A stretch of DNA of 64,000 nucleotides, from positions 1,184,001 to 1,248,000 of the forward strand of contig CAXXTU010000002.1 of assembly GCA_963662655.2 (NCBI GenBank), read 5' to 3'. Shown piece by piece: positions 30,201-39,200 of the stretch. This stretch comes from Candidatus Cloacimonadales bacterium. Lineage in GTDB: Bacteria; Cloacimonadota; Cloacimonadia; Cloacimonadales; JAIOQZ01. A model generated the notes under the pieces. The model worked only from the letters and a program-made list of their open reading frames with translations, did not search any database and had not been told where the DNA came from. Positions within the stretch are counted from its first letter, which is position 1. Every line of letters begins with the position of its first letter. A program made the translations under genes and the position numbers.

Positions 30201-30706
30201 ATATGACGGCTAGAGACTACGTTCACATCGATATCTGGACGCCGAACGCGACCGTCGTGAAATTCTCACCCATCACCACATCGGGTGAACTTCTCCTCGA
30301 ACTCGATCCGCTGGTGCCAATGACCTGGAACAGCGTCGATATTCCACTCAGCGATTTCGCCGGCCTCAACATGGCGGAAGTCTATCAGCTCAAGTTCGAT
30401 TGCACGGCGGGGGTCTGGCCTTCAACCGTGTTCCTCGACAACATATTCTTCTACACTGCCGAAACAACACTCGCAGCGCCGCAGAACGTTGCGATTACCT
30501 TCAACGGCGATCAGGTTACCGTGACCTGGGATCCTGTCGATGGCGCAAACGGCTATAAGATATATGCATCCGATTCACCGAACGGAACATTCGAAGAAGT
30601 GACCATGGGTGTATTCTACCCCACAAGCTGGACCGGAATCATAGAAGAAGGACGCAAGTTCTTTTATGTAAAAGCAAACGACAACGTTGTTCGTTCGAAC
30701 AACTAA
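27206..30706 (+). CDS. large secreted non-catalytic repeat protein (putative glycan-binding modules, cadherin-like spacers, FN3-like tail)
   Basis: Signal peptide; four APxP..SI(Y/F)S..WGQ..YQGT..DIPL..DNI-type repeats separated by three DATLS(D/N)L modules; GGAGG RBS. Confidence 0.8.
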   Translation: MYKTSMFVTLLLFFVLGSGLFAQTRTIDFETGETGTAWNWVVTENGSNPAMTFPANPASDAVNGSANVAEFTALDAGANWALCFTDDIDDFKFNANNSTVSIMVYKPVISNIAIKFEGSSPAVEIQIPNTVVNQWENIVFDFSGSIGNTYSRLVIIPDFANRDQDNVIYFDNIVMPSGNVFTPEPNVPEVAAPVPTVDAEDVISIYSDSYTDLEGTNFAAPWGQSTVVSFDDIEGNNMMKYATFNFQGTQLLGAHNLTAMTHVHIDMWTDDATVVKFSPISALNGEHLVSLEPINAETWNSYDIPLEDFTGLRWDDIHQLKFDGQAGVYPSTIYLDNIYFYASDAASDDATLSDLRVDDTTVDGFASNVYSYNVDLPEGTEIVPTVTATTNHTGASYQINNATELPGTTSVVVTAEDTTTSLTYIINFTVGSSVPTQPTAAAPTPTHLHENVKSVFSNVYGDMAGANFNPSWGQTTLVLFELIEGDTVIKYQNFNYQGTEFPATSIESMEYVHIDMWTPDATVVMFSPISGSRIEHLVSLTPLVQGTWNSYDIPLTDFSDIDLSDVYQLKFTAEPGFNPCNVWIDNVFFWKNPIGAGADATLSNLMVNGTTVTGFSSGVYTYNVELPYGTTEVPVVTATTTDPLASHLVTNATGLPGTATVAVTSANEEEHLNYTINFTVGDEVAEPTVGAPIPDEPAQDVISIFSNTYGDMAGTNFNPYWGQQTVVTFEGIDGNTTLKYDNFNYQGTQLAGSIDLSLMEYVHVDLWTANAEQVQFSPISISTGEVLTYFSPLEQETWNSFDIPLEDFTNLSMSDIHQLKFVGTTGSTVYLDNIYFWKNPTQAGSDATLSDLKVNGTTVTGFAPSTLTYSVELPYGTTEVPAVTATTTDPLADYVVNDAAELPGTTTVVVTAQDETTILTYSVVFTIENPVPSTGAPNPTYAPADVTSIFSNVYGDIAGANFNPNWGQQTTVTFENIDGNTTLKYSNFNYQGTEFPTTDMTARDYVHIDIWTPNATVVKFSPITTSGELLLELDPLVPMTWNSVDIPLSDFAGLNMAEVYQLKFDCTAGVWPSTVFLDNIFFYTAETTLAAPQNVAITFNGDQVTVTWDPVDGANGYKIYASDSPNGTFEEVTMGVFYPTSWTGIIEEGRKFFYVKANDNVVRSNN

Positions 30707-30725
30707 ATTCTCCGGAGGATATAAA

Positions 30726-32606
30726 ATGAAACGCAACATATTCATGACAATGCTCATCCTTATCATGAGCACCTACATGTTCGCGCAGTACCAAACCGTC
30801 GATTTCGAGACGGGCGGACTGGGCGCAGAATGGGGCTGGACTGTCGGCGAAAACGGCGACAATCCGCCGCTCGAATTCGTATCGAACCCATCGGCAAGCG
30901 GTGTCAACACATCCGCAACCGTGGCTCAATTCAACGCACGCGCTGCCGGCATGAGCTGGGCGCTCTGCTACACCGACGACATCAACACGTTTGAATTCAA
31001 CGCGAGCAACTCGACCCTGAGCATCATGGTGTACAAGACTGTTATCAGCCCTGTCGCCCTCAAGTTCGAAGGTGGCAGCACACCGGTCGAGGTTCAGGTA
31101 ACCAACACCGTGACCAACCAGTGGGAGACCCTCACATTCGATTTCTCGTCGGCTATCGGAAGCGCTTACGGCCGCCTTGTAGTGATCCCCGATTTCGTGG
31201 ATCGCACCGAAGACCGCGTGATCTATTTCGACAACATCGTGATCCCGACCGGAAACACCAATCCGCCGGCAGAACCGGAAACCGCAGCTCCAACACCGAC
31301 CTATGATGCTGCGAACGTGATCTCTCTGTTCTCCAACGCATACACCAATGTAACCGTCGATACCTGGTCTGCCGATTGGGATAACGCTGCCGTCAGCGAC
31401 GTTCAGATCGACGGAAACGATACCAAGCTCTATACCAGTATGACTTTCGCCGGTATCGAATTCATCAGCGAAACCATCGACGCAACCTCGATGCAATTCT
31501 TCCACATGGATCTCTGGACTCCGGACGATACATCCGCTCCGGCCGTATTCAACGTCAAACTCGTCGATTTCGGCGCTGACGGCGCATACGGTGGCGGCGA
31601 CGACGTGGAACACGAAATTTCCTTCGGTTCCGATGTCATGGACACGGAAACGTGGGTCGGGCTCGACATCCCCATGAGCGATTTCACCGGACTGACAACC
31701 AAGGCGCATCTGGCGCAGCTTATCATCTCCGGCGATCCGAACACCATATACATCGACAACATCTATTTCCGCTCCGGCAATTCGACACCGGATATGCCCG
31801 AAGTGGCGGCGCCGTCTCCAACCTACAATGAAGACGCCGTAATCTCTCTGTTCTGCAACGAATACACAAACGTGGCCGTAGATATGTGGTCGGCCGAGTG
31901 GGATCAGGCGAACGTCGGCGACGTTCAGATCCAGGGCAACGACACCAAGCTCTATACCGGCATCACCTACGCGGGTATCGAGTTCATCTCTCATATGCTC
32001 AACATCACTTCCATGACCCATTTCCACATGGACATCTGGACACCGGACGCGATCGACGGCGAAACCACTTTCGCGGTGAAGCTTGTTGATTTCGGAGCCG
32101 ACGGCGCATATGGCGGAGGCGACGACGTGGAGCACGAAGTCTCCTTCGATAACGCCACCCTTCAATCTCAAACCTGGATCGGACTCGACATGGATTTGGA
32201 CGACTTCACCAGCCTCACCACACGTGAGCACGTGGCCCAGCTCGTTATCACAAGCGATCCGAACACCGTTTACATCGATAACATCTATTTCCGCGACGAC
32301 GACCAGGACGCAGACGACGACGCGATTGACGCGTCGAGCGCTCTGTACAGCCTCGGAAACAACTACCCGAATCCCTTCAACCCCGTGACGAACATCAAGT
32401 TCTCCATCAACAAGCCCGGACATGTCAGCCTCAAGGTTTACGACGTGAAGGGAAGGCTGGTGGAAACGCTCGTGAACGATCACCGCGAAGCGGCAACGTA
32501 CGATGTTGTTTGGAACGCTGAAGGCGCATCATCGGGTGTATATTTCTACAGCCTGACCGTTAATAACGGCGCTGCAGAAACCAAACGAATGATCCTTCTG
32601 AAATAA
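30726..32606 (+). CDS. secreted putative glycan-binding protein with a FlgD-Ig/T9SS-type C-terminal domain
   Basis: N-terminal domain paralogous to the previous gene; two APxP..ISLF..KLVDFGADGAYGGGDD repeats; NYPNPFNP tail; GGAGG RBS. Confidence 0.8.
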   Translation: MKRNIFMTMLILIMSTYMFAQYQTVDFETGGLGAEWGWTVGENGDNPPLEFVSNPSASGVNTSATVAQFNARAAGMSWALCYTDDINTFEFNASNSTLSIMVYKTVISPVALKFEGGSTPVEVQVTNTVTNQWETLTFDFSSAIGSAYGRLVVIPDFVDRTEDRVIYFDNIVIPTGNTNPPAEPETAAPTPTYDAANVISLFSNAYTNVTVDTWSADWDNAAVSDVQIDGNDTKLYTSMTFAGIEFISETIDATSMQFFHMDLWTPDDTSAPAVFNVKLVDFGADGAYGGGDDVEHEISFGSDVMDTETWVGLDIPMSDFTGLTTKAHLAQLIISGDPNTIYIDNIYFRSGNSTPDMPEVAAPSPTYNEDAVISLFCNEYTNVAVDMWSAEWDQANVGDVQIQGNDTKLYTGITYAGIEFISHMLNITSMTHFHMDIWTPDAIDGETTFAVKLVDFGADGAYGGGDDVEHEVSFDNATLQSQTWIGLDMDLDDFTSLTTREHVAQLVITSDPNTVYIDNIYFRDDDQDADDDAIDASSALYSLGNNYPNPFNPVTNIKFSINKPGHVSLKVYDVKGRLVETLVNDHREAATYDVVWNAEGASSGVYFYSLTVNNGAAETKRMILLK

Positions 32607-32681
32607 GACCGTGTATCAGCCGGTGTGGCAGCATGCCGGCTGATTCTTTTCCTTTTGAAAAATAAATTGAAGGAGATCCTT

Positions 32682-35600
32682 TTGAATCGATCCCAAAATG
32701 TTAAATACCGTTTGAGTGATTCGGGTGAATTCATCATCAGTAATTACAACGCCTCGAAGCTGTTTTCCAGCTTTTTCCCGGGAGTAGCGGGAAAAGACGG
32801 CATCCCCATGTGGCTGTTCTATGTGAACCGCGGACAATGCGTTTGCAGCATGGGCATCGAAGGAAAGCACAACCCGATCATGGAGTTTCTGCCTGCGAAC
32901 CAGGCTTACAATCTTGCTTCATCACAGGGATTCAGAACCTTCATCAAGCTTATACATGATAATCAAACCACCTACTACGAGCCTTTTCAGAACAACCTGC
33001 AAGATCGCGACATGCGTCGCGAGCAACGGATGCTCATCTCCCCTGCGTCTCTAACATTGATAGAAGAAAATCAAACGCTCGGAATAAAATTTACGGTGGA
33101 ATACTTCAACGTTCCGCAGGAGAAATACGCGGGACTCATTCGCAGGCTTCAAATTGAAAACACCGGCGAGAAAGCGATTCGCCTGGAGGCCCTGGACGGA
33201 CTTCCTCTGATCATTCCCTACGGTCTCGACAATGGCGCACTCAAGTTTATCCGCAGGCTCGTCGAGGCTTTTGTGGAAGTTACCAACTGCGAAAACAAAG
33301 CGCCGCTTTTTAAAGGGAAAGTTGAGCCGCACGACAGGCCGGAAGTTGTAAAGATCAAGAAAGGTAATTTCTATCTCGGTTTCGTGTCGGAAGAGGGCCG
33401 GAACGAGCTTGTCATACCGATTGTCGATCCGGTGAAAATTTTTGGAATCAGGGGTGATTACAAGTTCCCGGAGAACTTCCTGGATGCTCCATTTGAAGAG
33501 CTTTCCCGCGATCAGATACTCGAGAATAGACTCCCCTCCGCGATGGGACTGTTGGAAGCAACCATCGAACCCGGGAAAACATTCACTTACACTTCCGTGA
33601 TCGGGCATATCGGTTCAGCTGAAGAGATGAACAGCTTGATTCCAGCGATCACCTCCAATGAGTACATCGAAGCCAGGTGCAAAGAGAATAGAGAACTCAT
33701 CGCAAAGCTTACGCAAAACAATTTTATATGCAGCCAGGAACCGGTTTTCGATCACTACACCCGTATGAATTTCCTCGACAACGCCCTCCGCGGCGGTTTC
33801 CCCTACACCATCAAGGGGAAAAAGTCTTCGACAACCCTCTACTTGTATTCCAGAAAGCACGGAGACCTCGAAAGGGACTACAACGACTACCGTCTCACTC
33901 CGACTCCCTATTCGCAGGGGAACGGTAATTTCCGGGATGTGAACCAGAATCGCCGTTGCGATCTGCTCTTCAATCCCGAGGTCCGCGAAGGAAATCTCGA
34001 GCATTTCTACAACCTGATCCAGCTCGACGGATTCAATCCGCTTGTCATCAAAGAGGTGCGCTTCACGGTTCGCGATGAAAACGAACTTCACAGCGTGCTG
34101 AAAGAGTACATCGATATAGAACGCATTTCGGAAGTAGCGACTTGCCTCGATAAGCCCTTTACACCCGGCGAGTTGTTCGTCTGCATGAGAGAGCGGAACA
34201 TTTCCATCTACGGATGTAGCGAGAATTTCGTCGGCGATCTGCTCGACATCTGCACCAAGAGCCACGACGCCGATTTCGGCGAGGGCTTCTGGATCGATCA
34301 CTGGACCTACAATCTCGATCTCCTGGAAAACTACCTGGCGGTTTATCCTGAAATGAAGAACCACATTCTCTATGAGAAAAGCACGTTCTCGTTCTACGAT
34401 AGTCCGCATCATGTGGCGCCGCGAGACGATAAATACGTTATCTGGGACGGCAATCCAATGCAGCTCAGCAGCGTTGTTTTCGATGCTGAGCACGACGAGC
34501 TGATCAAGTCGCGCAAGCGTGACAACCATCTCGTCCACACGCAAAACGGGCGTGGCGAGGTGTATTGCACGACTCTTTTCAACAAGATGCTGTGCCTGAT
34601 CGTGAACAAGCTGGCATCCCTCGACGCGGCGGGTGTCGGTATCGAAATGGAGTCGGATAAGCCCGACTGGTACGACGCGCTGAACGGCCTGCCCGGCCTC
34701 ATCGGATCGAGTCTGAACGAGACGCTGGAAGTCAAGCGACACATCCTGTTTATGCTTGATGCGATTGACGAGCGAAATTCACTTGGCCAGACCACACCGC
34801 TTTTCAATGAACTGTACGATTTCTTTTTAAAACTCGGTGAATTGCTCGCCAGCGACGCGAAGCCTTTCGAATACTGGGATCGGGCCACGACCCTCAAGGA
34901 AGCCTACCGCTTCCGCACCCATGCAGGTATCGAAGGCAAGGAGACATTCGCATCCTACGATGGAATCAGATCCTTCCTCGCCAACGGCCTCAAGCGCATC
35001 GAGGATGGTATCGCCAGGGCATGGAATCACGAGCAGCAGGTTATCTCGACCTACTTCATCAACAAGGTAACTGCCTTCGACCAGATCAAGATCAGAGACG
35101 AGGATGGAAATCTCGTTCCCAAACGCAACGGCAAGGGACCGTGCTTCAAAGCGAAGAGCTTCGACCAGATCGCTCTGCCGCTCTTTCTCGAGGGACCGGT
35201 ACACTACCTCAGAAGCAGCACGGACAAAGAGGACTCGAAGAAGCTTGTCGCAAACATCCGCAACAGCGGACTGTTCGACGAAAAGTTGAAGATGTACAAG
35301 GTGAACGAGAAGCTTGACGACCAGCCGATGGAAATCGGCCGGGCGAGAACATTCTCTCCCGGTTGGTTCGAGAACGAATCGATTTGGTTGCACATGGAGT
35401 ACAAGTACATGCTCGAGGTGCTTCGCAACGAGCTTTACGAGGAGTTCTTCACCGACTTCCGGAACGTTTGCGTGCCTTTCTTGAAGCCAGAGGTTTACGG
35501 TCGGAGCATTCTCGAGAACTCGTCGTTCATCGTCAGTAGCGCGAATCCGGACCCGTCCATTCACGGCAATGGCTTCGTTGCGCGACTCAGTGGCGCAACA

Positions 35601-35999
35601 GCGGAATTCATCAACATGCTGATGATCATGTCGATTGGCAAGAAGCCATTCAGTCTGAACGAACTCGGTGAGCTTCAACTTACCCTGGATCCCGCAATTC
35701 CCGACTGGCTTTTCACCCGGGAGAAGCAGGTTCGCTATCTGTTTATCGACGATAAGCCGACGGATGTAACGTTCGAGAAGAATACGTTCAGTTGCATGTT
35801 CCTCGGCAGGACGCTGGTCACATATCACAATCCGAAGCGCAAGAACACGTTTGGAGTTGAAGGTGTATGCCCTGCTTCCTACACGATAGAAACCCTGTCG
35901 GGGGATATCTTGCAGACGGGTTCGGGTGTTATAACGGGCGAACTGGCACACAAGATTCGTAACAGAGAGGTTCGAAGAATCACGGTCGAACTCGAATAG
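32682..35999 (+). CDS. beta-1,3-glucan phosphorylase, GH161-like
   Basis: FSSFFPGVAG..GIPMW.FYVNRGQ, YSRKHGDLERDYN, SQGNGNFRDVNQNRR, WIDHWTY, KPDWYDALNGLPG, ENESIWLHMEYKY; AGGAG then TTG start. Confidence 0.78.
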   Translation: MNRSQNVKYRLSDSGEFIISNYNASKLFSSFFPGVAGKDGIPMWLFYVNRGQCVCSMGIEGKHNPIMEFLPANQAYNLASSQGFRTFIKLIHDNQTTYYEPFQNNLQDRDMRREQRMLISPASLTLIEENQTLGIKFTVEYFNVPQEKYAGLIRRLQIENTGEKAIRLEALDGLPLIIPYGLDNGALKFIRRLVEAFVEVTNCENKAPLFKGKVEPHDRPEVVKIKKGNFYLGFVSEEGRNELVIPIVDPVKIFGIRGDYKFPENFLDAPFEELSRDQILENRLPSAMGLLEATIEPGKTFTYTSVIGHIGSAEEMNSLIPAITSNEYIEARCKENRELIAKLTQNNFICSQEPVFDHYTRMNFLDNALRGGFPYTIKGKKSSTTLYLYSRKHGDLERDYNDYRLTPTPYSQGNGNFRDVNQNRRCDLLFNPEVREGNLEHFYNLIQLDGFNPLVIKEVRFTVRDENELHSVLKEYIDIERISEVATCLDKPFTPGELFVCMRERNISIYGCSENFVGDLLDICTKSHDADFGEGFWIDHWTYNLDLLENYLAVYPEMKNHILYEKSTFSFYDSPHHVAPRDDKYVIWDGNPMQLSSVVFDAEHDELIKSRKRDNHLVHTQNGRGEVYCTTLFNKMLCLIVNKLASLDAAGVGIEMESDKPDWYDALNGLPGLIGSSLNETLEVKRHILFMLDAIDERNSLGQTTPLFNELYDFFLKLGELLASDAKPFEYWDRATTLKEAYRFRTHAGIEGKETFASYDGIRSFLANGLKRIEDGIARAWNHEQQVISTYFINKVTAFDQIKIRDEDGNLVPKRNGKGPCFKAKSFDQIALPLFLEGPVHYLRSSTDKEDSKKLVANIRNSGLFDEKLKMYKVNEKLDDQPMEIGRARTFSPGWFENESIWLHMEYKYMLEVLRNELYEEFFTDFRNVCVPFLKPEVYGRSILENSSFIVSSANPDPSIHGNGFVARLSGATAEFINMLMIMSIGKKPFSLNELGELQLTLDPAIPDWLFTREKQVRYLFIDDKPTDVTFEKNTFSCMFLGRTLVTYHNPKRKNTFGVEGVCPASYTIETLSGDILQTGSGVITGELAHKIRNREVRRITVELE

Positions 36000-36020
36000 A
36001 CTATTTCCGGAAACGGAAAG

Positions 36021-36072
36021 AAAGAACCTTCGTATTAATTTCCCCATAATGCCGCGAAGGTTCTTTTCTTTT
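36021..36072 (+). terminator. terminator-like hairpin ending the glucan operon
   Basis: AAAGAACCTTCG / CGAAGGTTCTTT 12 bp stem with a 22-nt loop, followed by a T-rich run. Confidence 0.6.
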
Positions 36073-36233
36073 ATATACGATTTCCCGATTGTAGAACTAG
36101 CAAAGTGCAAAATGGTTTACGGGAAATCGTTCCAGAGAACCACTTCCGCATTCTCAACTTTACTGATTCATGATTCGTTAAAGCGGAAATGGTTTTGGGG
36201 GCAACCTCCGACTCGAGTTTGCTCAACCGGCCT

Positions 36234-36350
36234 CGCGGCGGGGCGGCGTGTGCGCTTCGCGCACGAACAGGATTTGAGAGCGTTCTGCACAGAACCGCTC
36301 TCAAATCCTGCAGAAAGGCCCTTCGGGACTTTCAACGCCGCCCCGCCGCG
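36234..36350. repeat. GC-rich multibranched palindromic element (REP/MITE-like or ncRNA)
   Basis: Perfect 16 bp terminal inverted repeat CGCGGCGGGGCGGCGT/ACGCCGCCCCGCCGCG enclosing three hairpins. Confidence 0.7.
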
Positions 36351-36639
36351 GACATGGTGCGCGCATTTGCAGAACTCAACTATTGCTAGCGATTTGAGCT
36401 ACTTGAAATGAATGCACAATGTTCAGCAAATCCTGACCTATCTCACAAAAAGCTTGACGTTTACGTCGCCTCCGAACAAAGGGTTGCAGGCTGAGAGTAT
36501 GTTTTGAACGATGCAGATTCGATGAAGAGCACATGGAGTAATCCTGACTTCTCGGCGCAAAAAGCATAAGTAAATTGAGACAATAATGACCCAATCGCAG
36601 GATCGGGTCTTATTTCTTTTCAAGGAAGTTGAGGTACAA

Positions 36640-37584
36640 ATGAGTCGTAAAGCTGTTGTAGCATTAGGCGGAAACGCCATCATTAACGCAGGCCAGGAAG
36701 GTACGATATCTCAGCAGTTTGCCAATACGAGAACTAGTCTTTCCGTGATTGCCGAACTCGCGAAACAGGGGTATCGCCTCGCAATCACACATGGTAACGG
36801 CCCACAGGTTGGAAACCTTCTTATTCAACAACTTGCGGGTATGGACAAAAACATTGCCCCATTGCCTCTGGGCGTGCTCAACGCGGCCACGGAAGGCACC
36901 ATGGGATACATGATCGAGCAATCCCTGCAAAACCTTTTCATCAAAAACGGAATCGAACGCAATGTCATCACGATCCTGAGCCAGGTTCTTGTCGATCGCA
37001 ACGACCCCAGCATCAAGAATCCCAGCAAGCCGGTAGGTCCCTTTTTCGATAAGGAGAAGGCCGACCACATGGCGAGCGAATATGGCTGGACAATGGTGGA
37101 AGATTCGGGTCGCGGATACCGTCAGGTCGTTCCATCCCCCCTCCCTATCGATATCGTGCAGGCTCCAACCATTCAACGACTGGTGGACGAAGGCCACATC
37201 GTCATCGCGTGCGGCGGTGGCGGCGTACCGTATTACATCATGGAAGACGGTACCTACGAAGGCTTCGACGCGGTGATCGACAAGGATTATGCGTCGGCGC
37301 TTCTCGCCGAAAAGATCGAAGCCGAACGCCTGGTGATCCTCACCGGCGTGGAAAAAGTCTCAATCCACTTCGGGAAGCCGGAACAAAGGGACCTGAGCCG
37401 CATGACCCTGGAAGAAGCCAGACAGTACAGCGATGAAGGACATTTTCCTGCAGGAAGCATGGGACCCAAGATCAAAGCCGCGATCCGCTTCATCGAGCGC
37501 GGCGGCAAGGAAGTCCTCATCACTTCCATCGATAAAGTTCTGGATGCATTTTCCGGTAAAACTGGAACGATCATTGCAAAGTAG
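36640..37584 (+). CDS. arcC: carbamate kinase
   Basis: VVALGGNA, THGNGPQVG, PSKPVGPF, GGGGVP, AVIDKD, GSMGPK. Confidence 0.95.
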   Translation: MSRKAVVALGGNAIINAGQEGTISQQFANTRTSLSVIAELAKQGYRLAITHGNGPQVGNLLIQQLAGMDKNIAPLPLGVLNAATEGTMGYMIEQSLQNLFIKNGIERNVITILSQVLVDRNDPSIKNPSKPVGPFFDKEKADHMASEYGWTMVEDSGRGYRQVVPSPLPIDIVQAPTIQRLVDEGHIVIACGGGGVPYYIMEDGTYEGFDAVIDKDYASALLAEKIEAERLVILTGVEKVSIHFGKPEQRDLSRMTLEEARQYSDEGHFPAGSMGPKIKAAIRFIERGGKEVLITSIDKVLDAFSGKTGTIIAK

Positions 37585-37655
37585 TTTTATGAATCCGGCT
37601 CAGGTTGCTGTTTTCGCGCTTGAGCCCGATTACTTTTTTTATTTGGAGTATCTGT

Positions 37656-39194
37656 ATGTTGCTTCACACAGCATTTATTCGAACAGCCAAAAAGAAACCA
37701 AGCCACCTTTCCGTTTACGATATTTCATCGAGCAAGGAGTTCACCTATGAAAGAATGCTGATCGCATCGTTCATTCTTTCGCGAAAAATCTCCGCCTTCC
37801 CGGAAGCCCATATCGGCATCATGCTGCCGACTTCCGCAGGGTGCATGCTTTCGATCCTCGGTGTCCTCATGAGCGGTAAGATACCCGTCATGCTCAACTA
37901 CTCCACAGGCGCGAAAGAGAATTGCGAATACGGTCAGAATAAATGCAATTTCACGACGATCATAACCAGCAAGAAGCTCCTCGAGGCAATCAAGATGCAG
38001 CCGATCAAGGGGATGGTGTACATCGAAGACATGCTCAAGCAGGTCACGCTGCTAGACAAGATACTCTGCGCCCTTAAAGCCAAGCTCCCCGGGAAAATGA
38101 TCATTGGATCGCTCCCGAAAAAGACGCGTGAAGACACCGCCGTCATCCTCTTCACCAGCGGTAGCGAAAAGGATCCCAAGGCGGTGGAGCTTTCCCACAA
38201 GAACATCAGCACCAACCTTCGCGACGTCCACCAGATTCTCCGAATATCGCCCGATGATATTTTCCTGGCAAACCTCCCCCTCTTCCACGTGTTCGGCCTG
38301 ACTGTCGATATGTGGCTGCCGATATGCGGTGGCAACACGATCATTGCACACGCCAATCCGTTGGATTACAAGGGAATCTGCGATTCGATCCGTAAACATA
38401 AGGTGTCTGTCATGGTGGGCACACCCACCTTCTACCACGGGTACCTCAAGAAGAGCGAGAAGGGCGATTTCGACACCGTTCGTATCGCCGTGGCCGGAGC
38501 GGATAAACTCACCCGTCAGATACGCGAAGAGTACCTTCACATGCACAACCTCGAAGTGTGCGAAGGCTACGGGGCAACGGAAACGAGTCCCGTTATTTCC
38601 ACCAACCTTCCCGGAAGAAACAAGCCGGGTAGCGTTGGTATCCCGCTCCCAAGCGTATCGGTGAAAATCGTAGATCGTGAAACCAGCGAGGAACTTCCGC
38701 GCGGCGAAGAAGGGAAGATCATGGTCAAAGGCGACAACGTTATGAAGGGTTACTACCACGACATCGAGGAGACCTCGCTCCGCATTCACAACAACTGGTA
38801 CGAAACAGGCGACATGGGTGTCCTGGATGAAGACGGCTACCTTTGGCATCGTGGAAGGCTGAAACGATTCGTCAAGATCGGCGGTGAGATGGTTTCCCTG
38901 GTTAGAGTTGAAACGGTTCTTGAAAAGCTTCTGCCGGAAGGCACCATCTGCTGCGCAGTGGATATACCCAATCCGGTAAAGGGATCGGAGATTGTCGCGG
39001 TGGTAACAACGGAAGAAATCAATGTTCGCCACATCAAGAAACAAATGGCGAAGGAACTGCCCTCTCTTGCCATCCCGAAAGAGTTTCACGTCATTCAGGA
39101 TATCCCGATGATGTCCAGCGGCAAGGTCAACTTCAGAGAAGTCGAAAGCATTTGCCGGGACTGGAGAAAGAAGAAGAAACAAGGGAAGAACTGA
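37656..39194 (+). CDS. AMP-binding acyl-ACP synthetase (stand-alone Aas C-terminal-like domain)
   Basis: LFTSGSEKDPK, LPLFHVFG, EGYGATETSP, WYETGD, GRLKRFVKIGGEMVSL. Confidence 0.85.
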   Translation: MLLHTAFIRTAKKKPSHLSVYDISSSKEFTYERMLIASFILSRKISAFPEAHIGIMLPTSAGCMLSILGVLMSGKIPVMLNYSTGAKENCEYGQNKCNFTTIITSKKLLEAIKMQPIKGMVYIEDMLKQVTLLDKILCALKAKLPGKMIIGSLPKKTREDTAVILFTSGSEKDPKAVELSHKNISTNLRDVHQILRISPDDIFLANLPLFHVFGLTVDMWLPICGGNTIIAHANPLDYKGICDSIRKHKVSVMVGTPTFYHGYLKKSEKGDFDTVRIAVAGADKLTRQIREEYLHMHNLEVCEGYGATETSPVISTNLPGRNKPGSVGIPLPSVSVKIVDRETSEELPRGEEGKIMVKGDNVMKGYYHDIEETSLRIHNNWYETGDMGVLDEDGYLWHRGRLKRFVKIGGEMVSLVRVETVLEKLLPEGTICCAVDIPNPVKGSEIVAVVTTEEINVRHIKKQMAKELPSLAIPKEFHVIQDIPMMSSGKVNFREVESICRDWRKKKKQGKN

Positions 39195-39200
39195 TCCCTT

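Noticed and set aside
30639..32483. Long antisense ORFs (this 614 aa one, also 62089-63414, 34827-36110, 20456-21613 and others)
   Set aside because: They are shadows of well-supported genes on the opposite strand, expected from codon bias, and have no recognisable motifs
32682..35999. GH94 cellobiose phosphorylase or GH149 assignment
   Set aside because: The RKHGDLERDYN and QGNGNFRD motifs fit GH161 better as I recall the families; HMM confirmation is still needed
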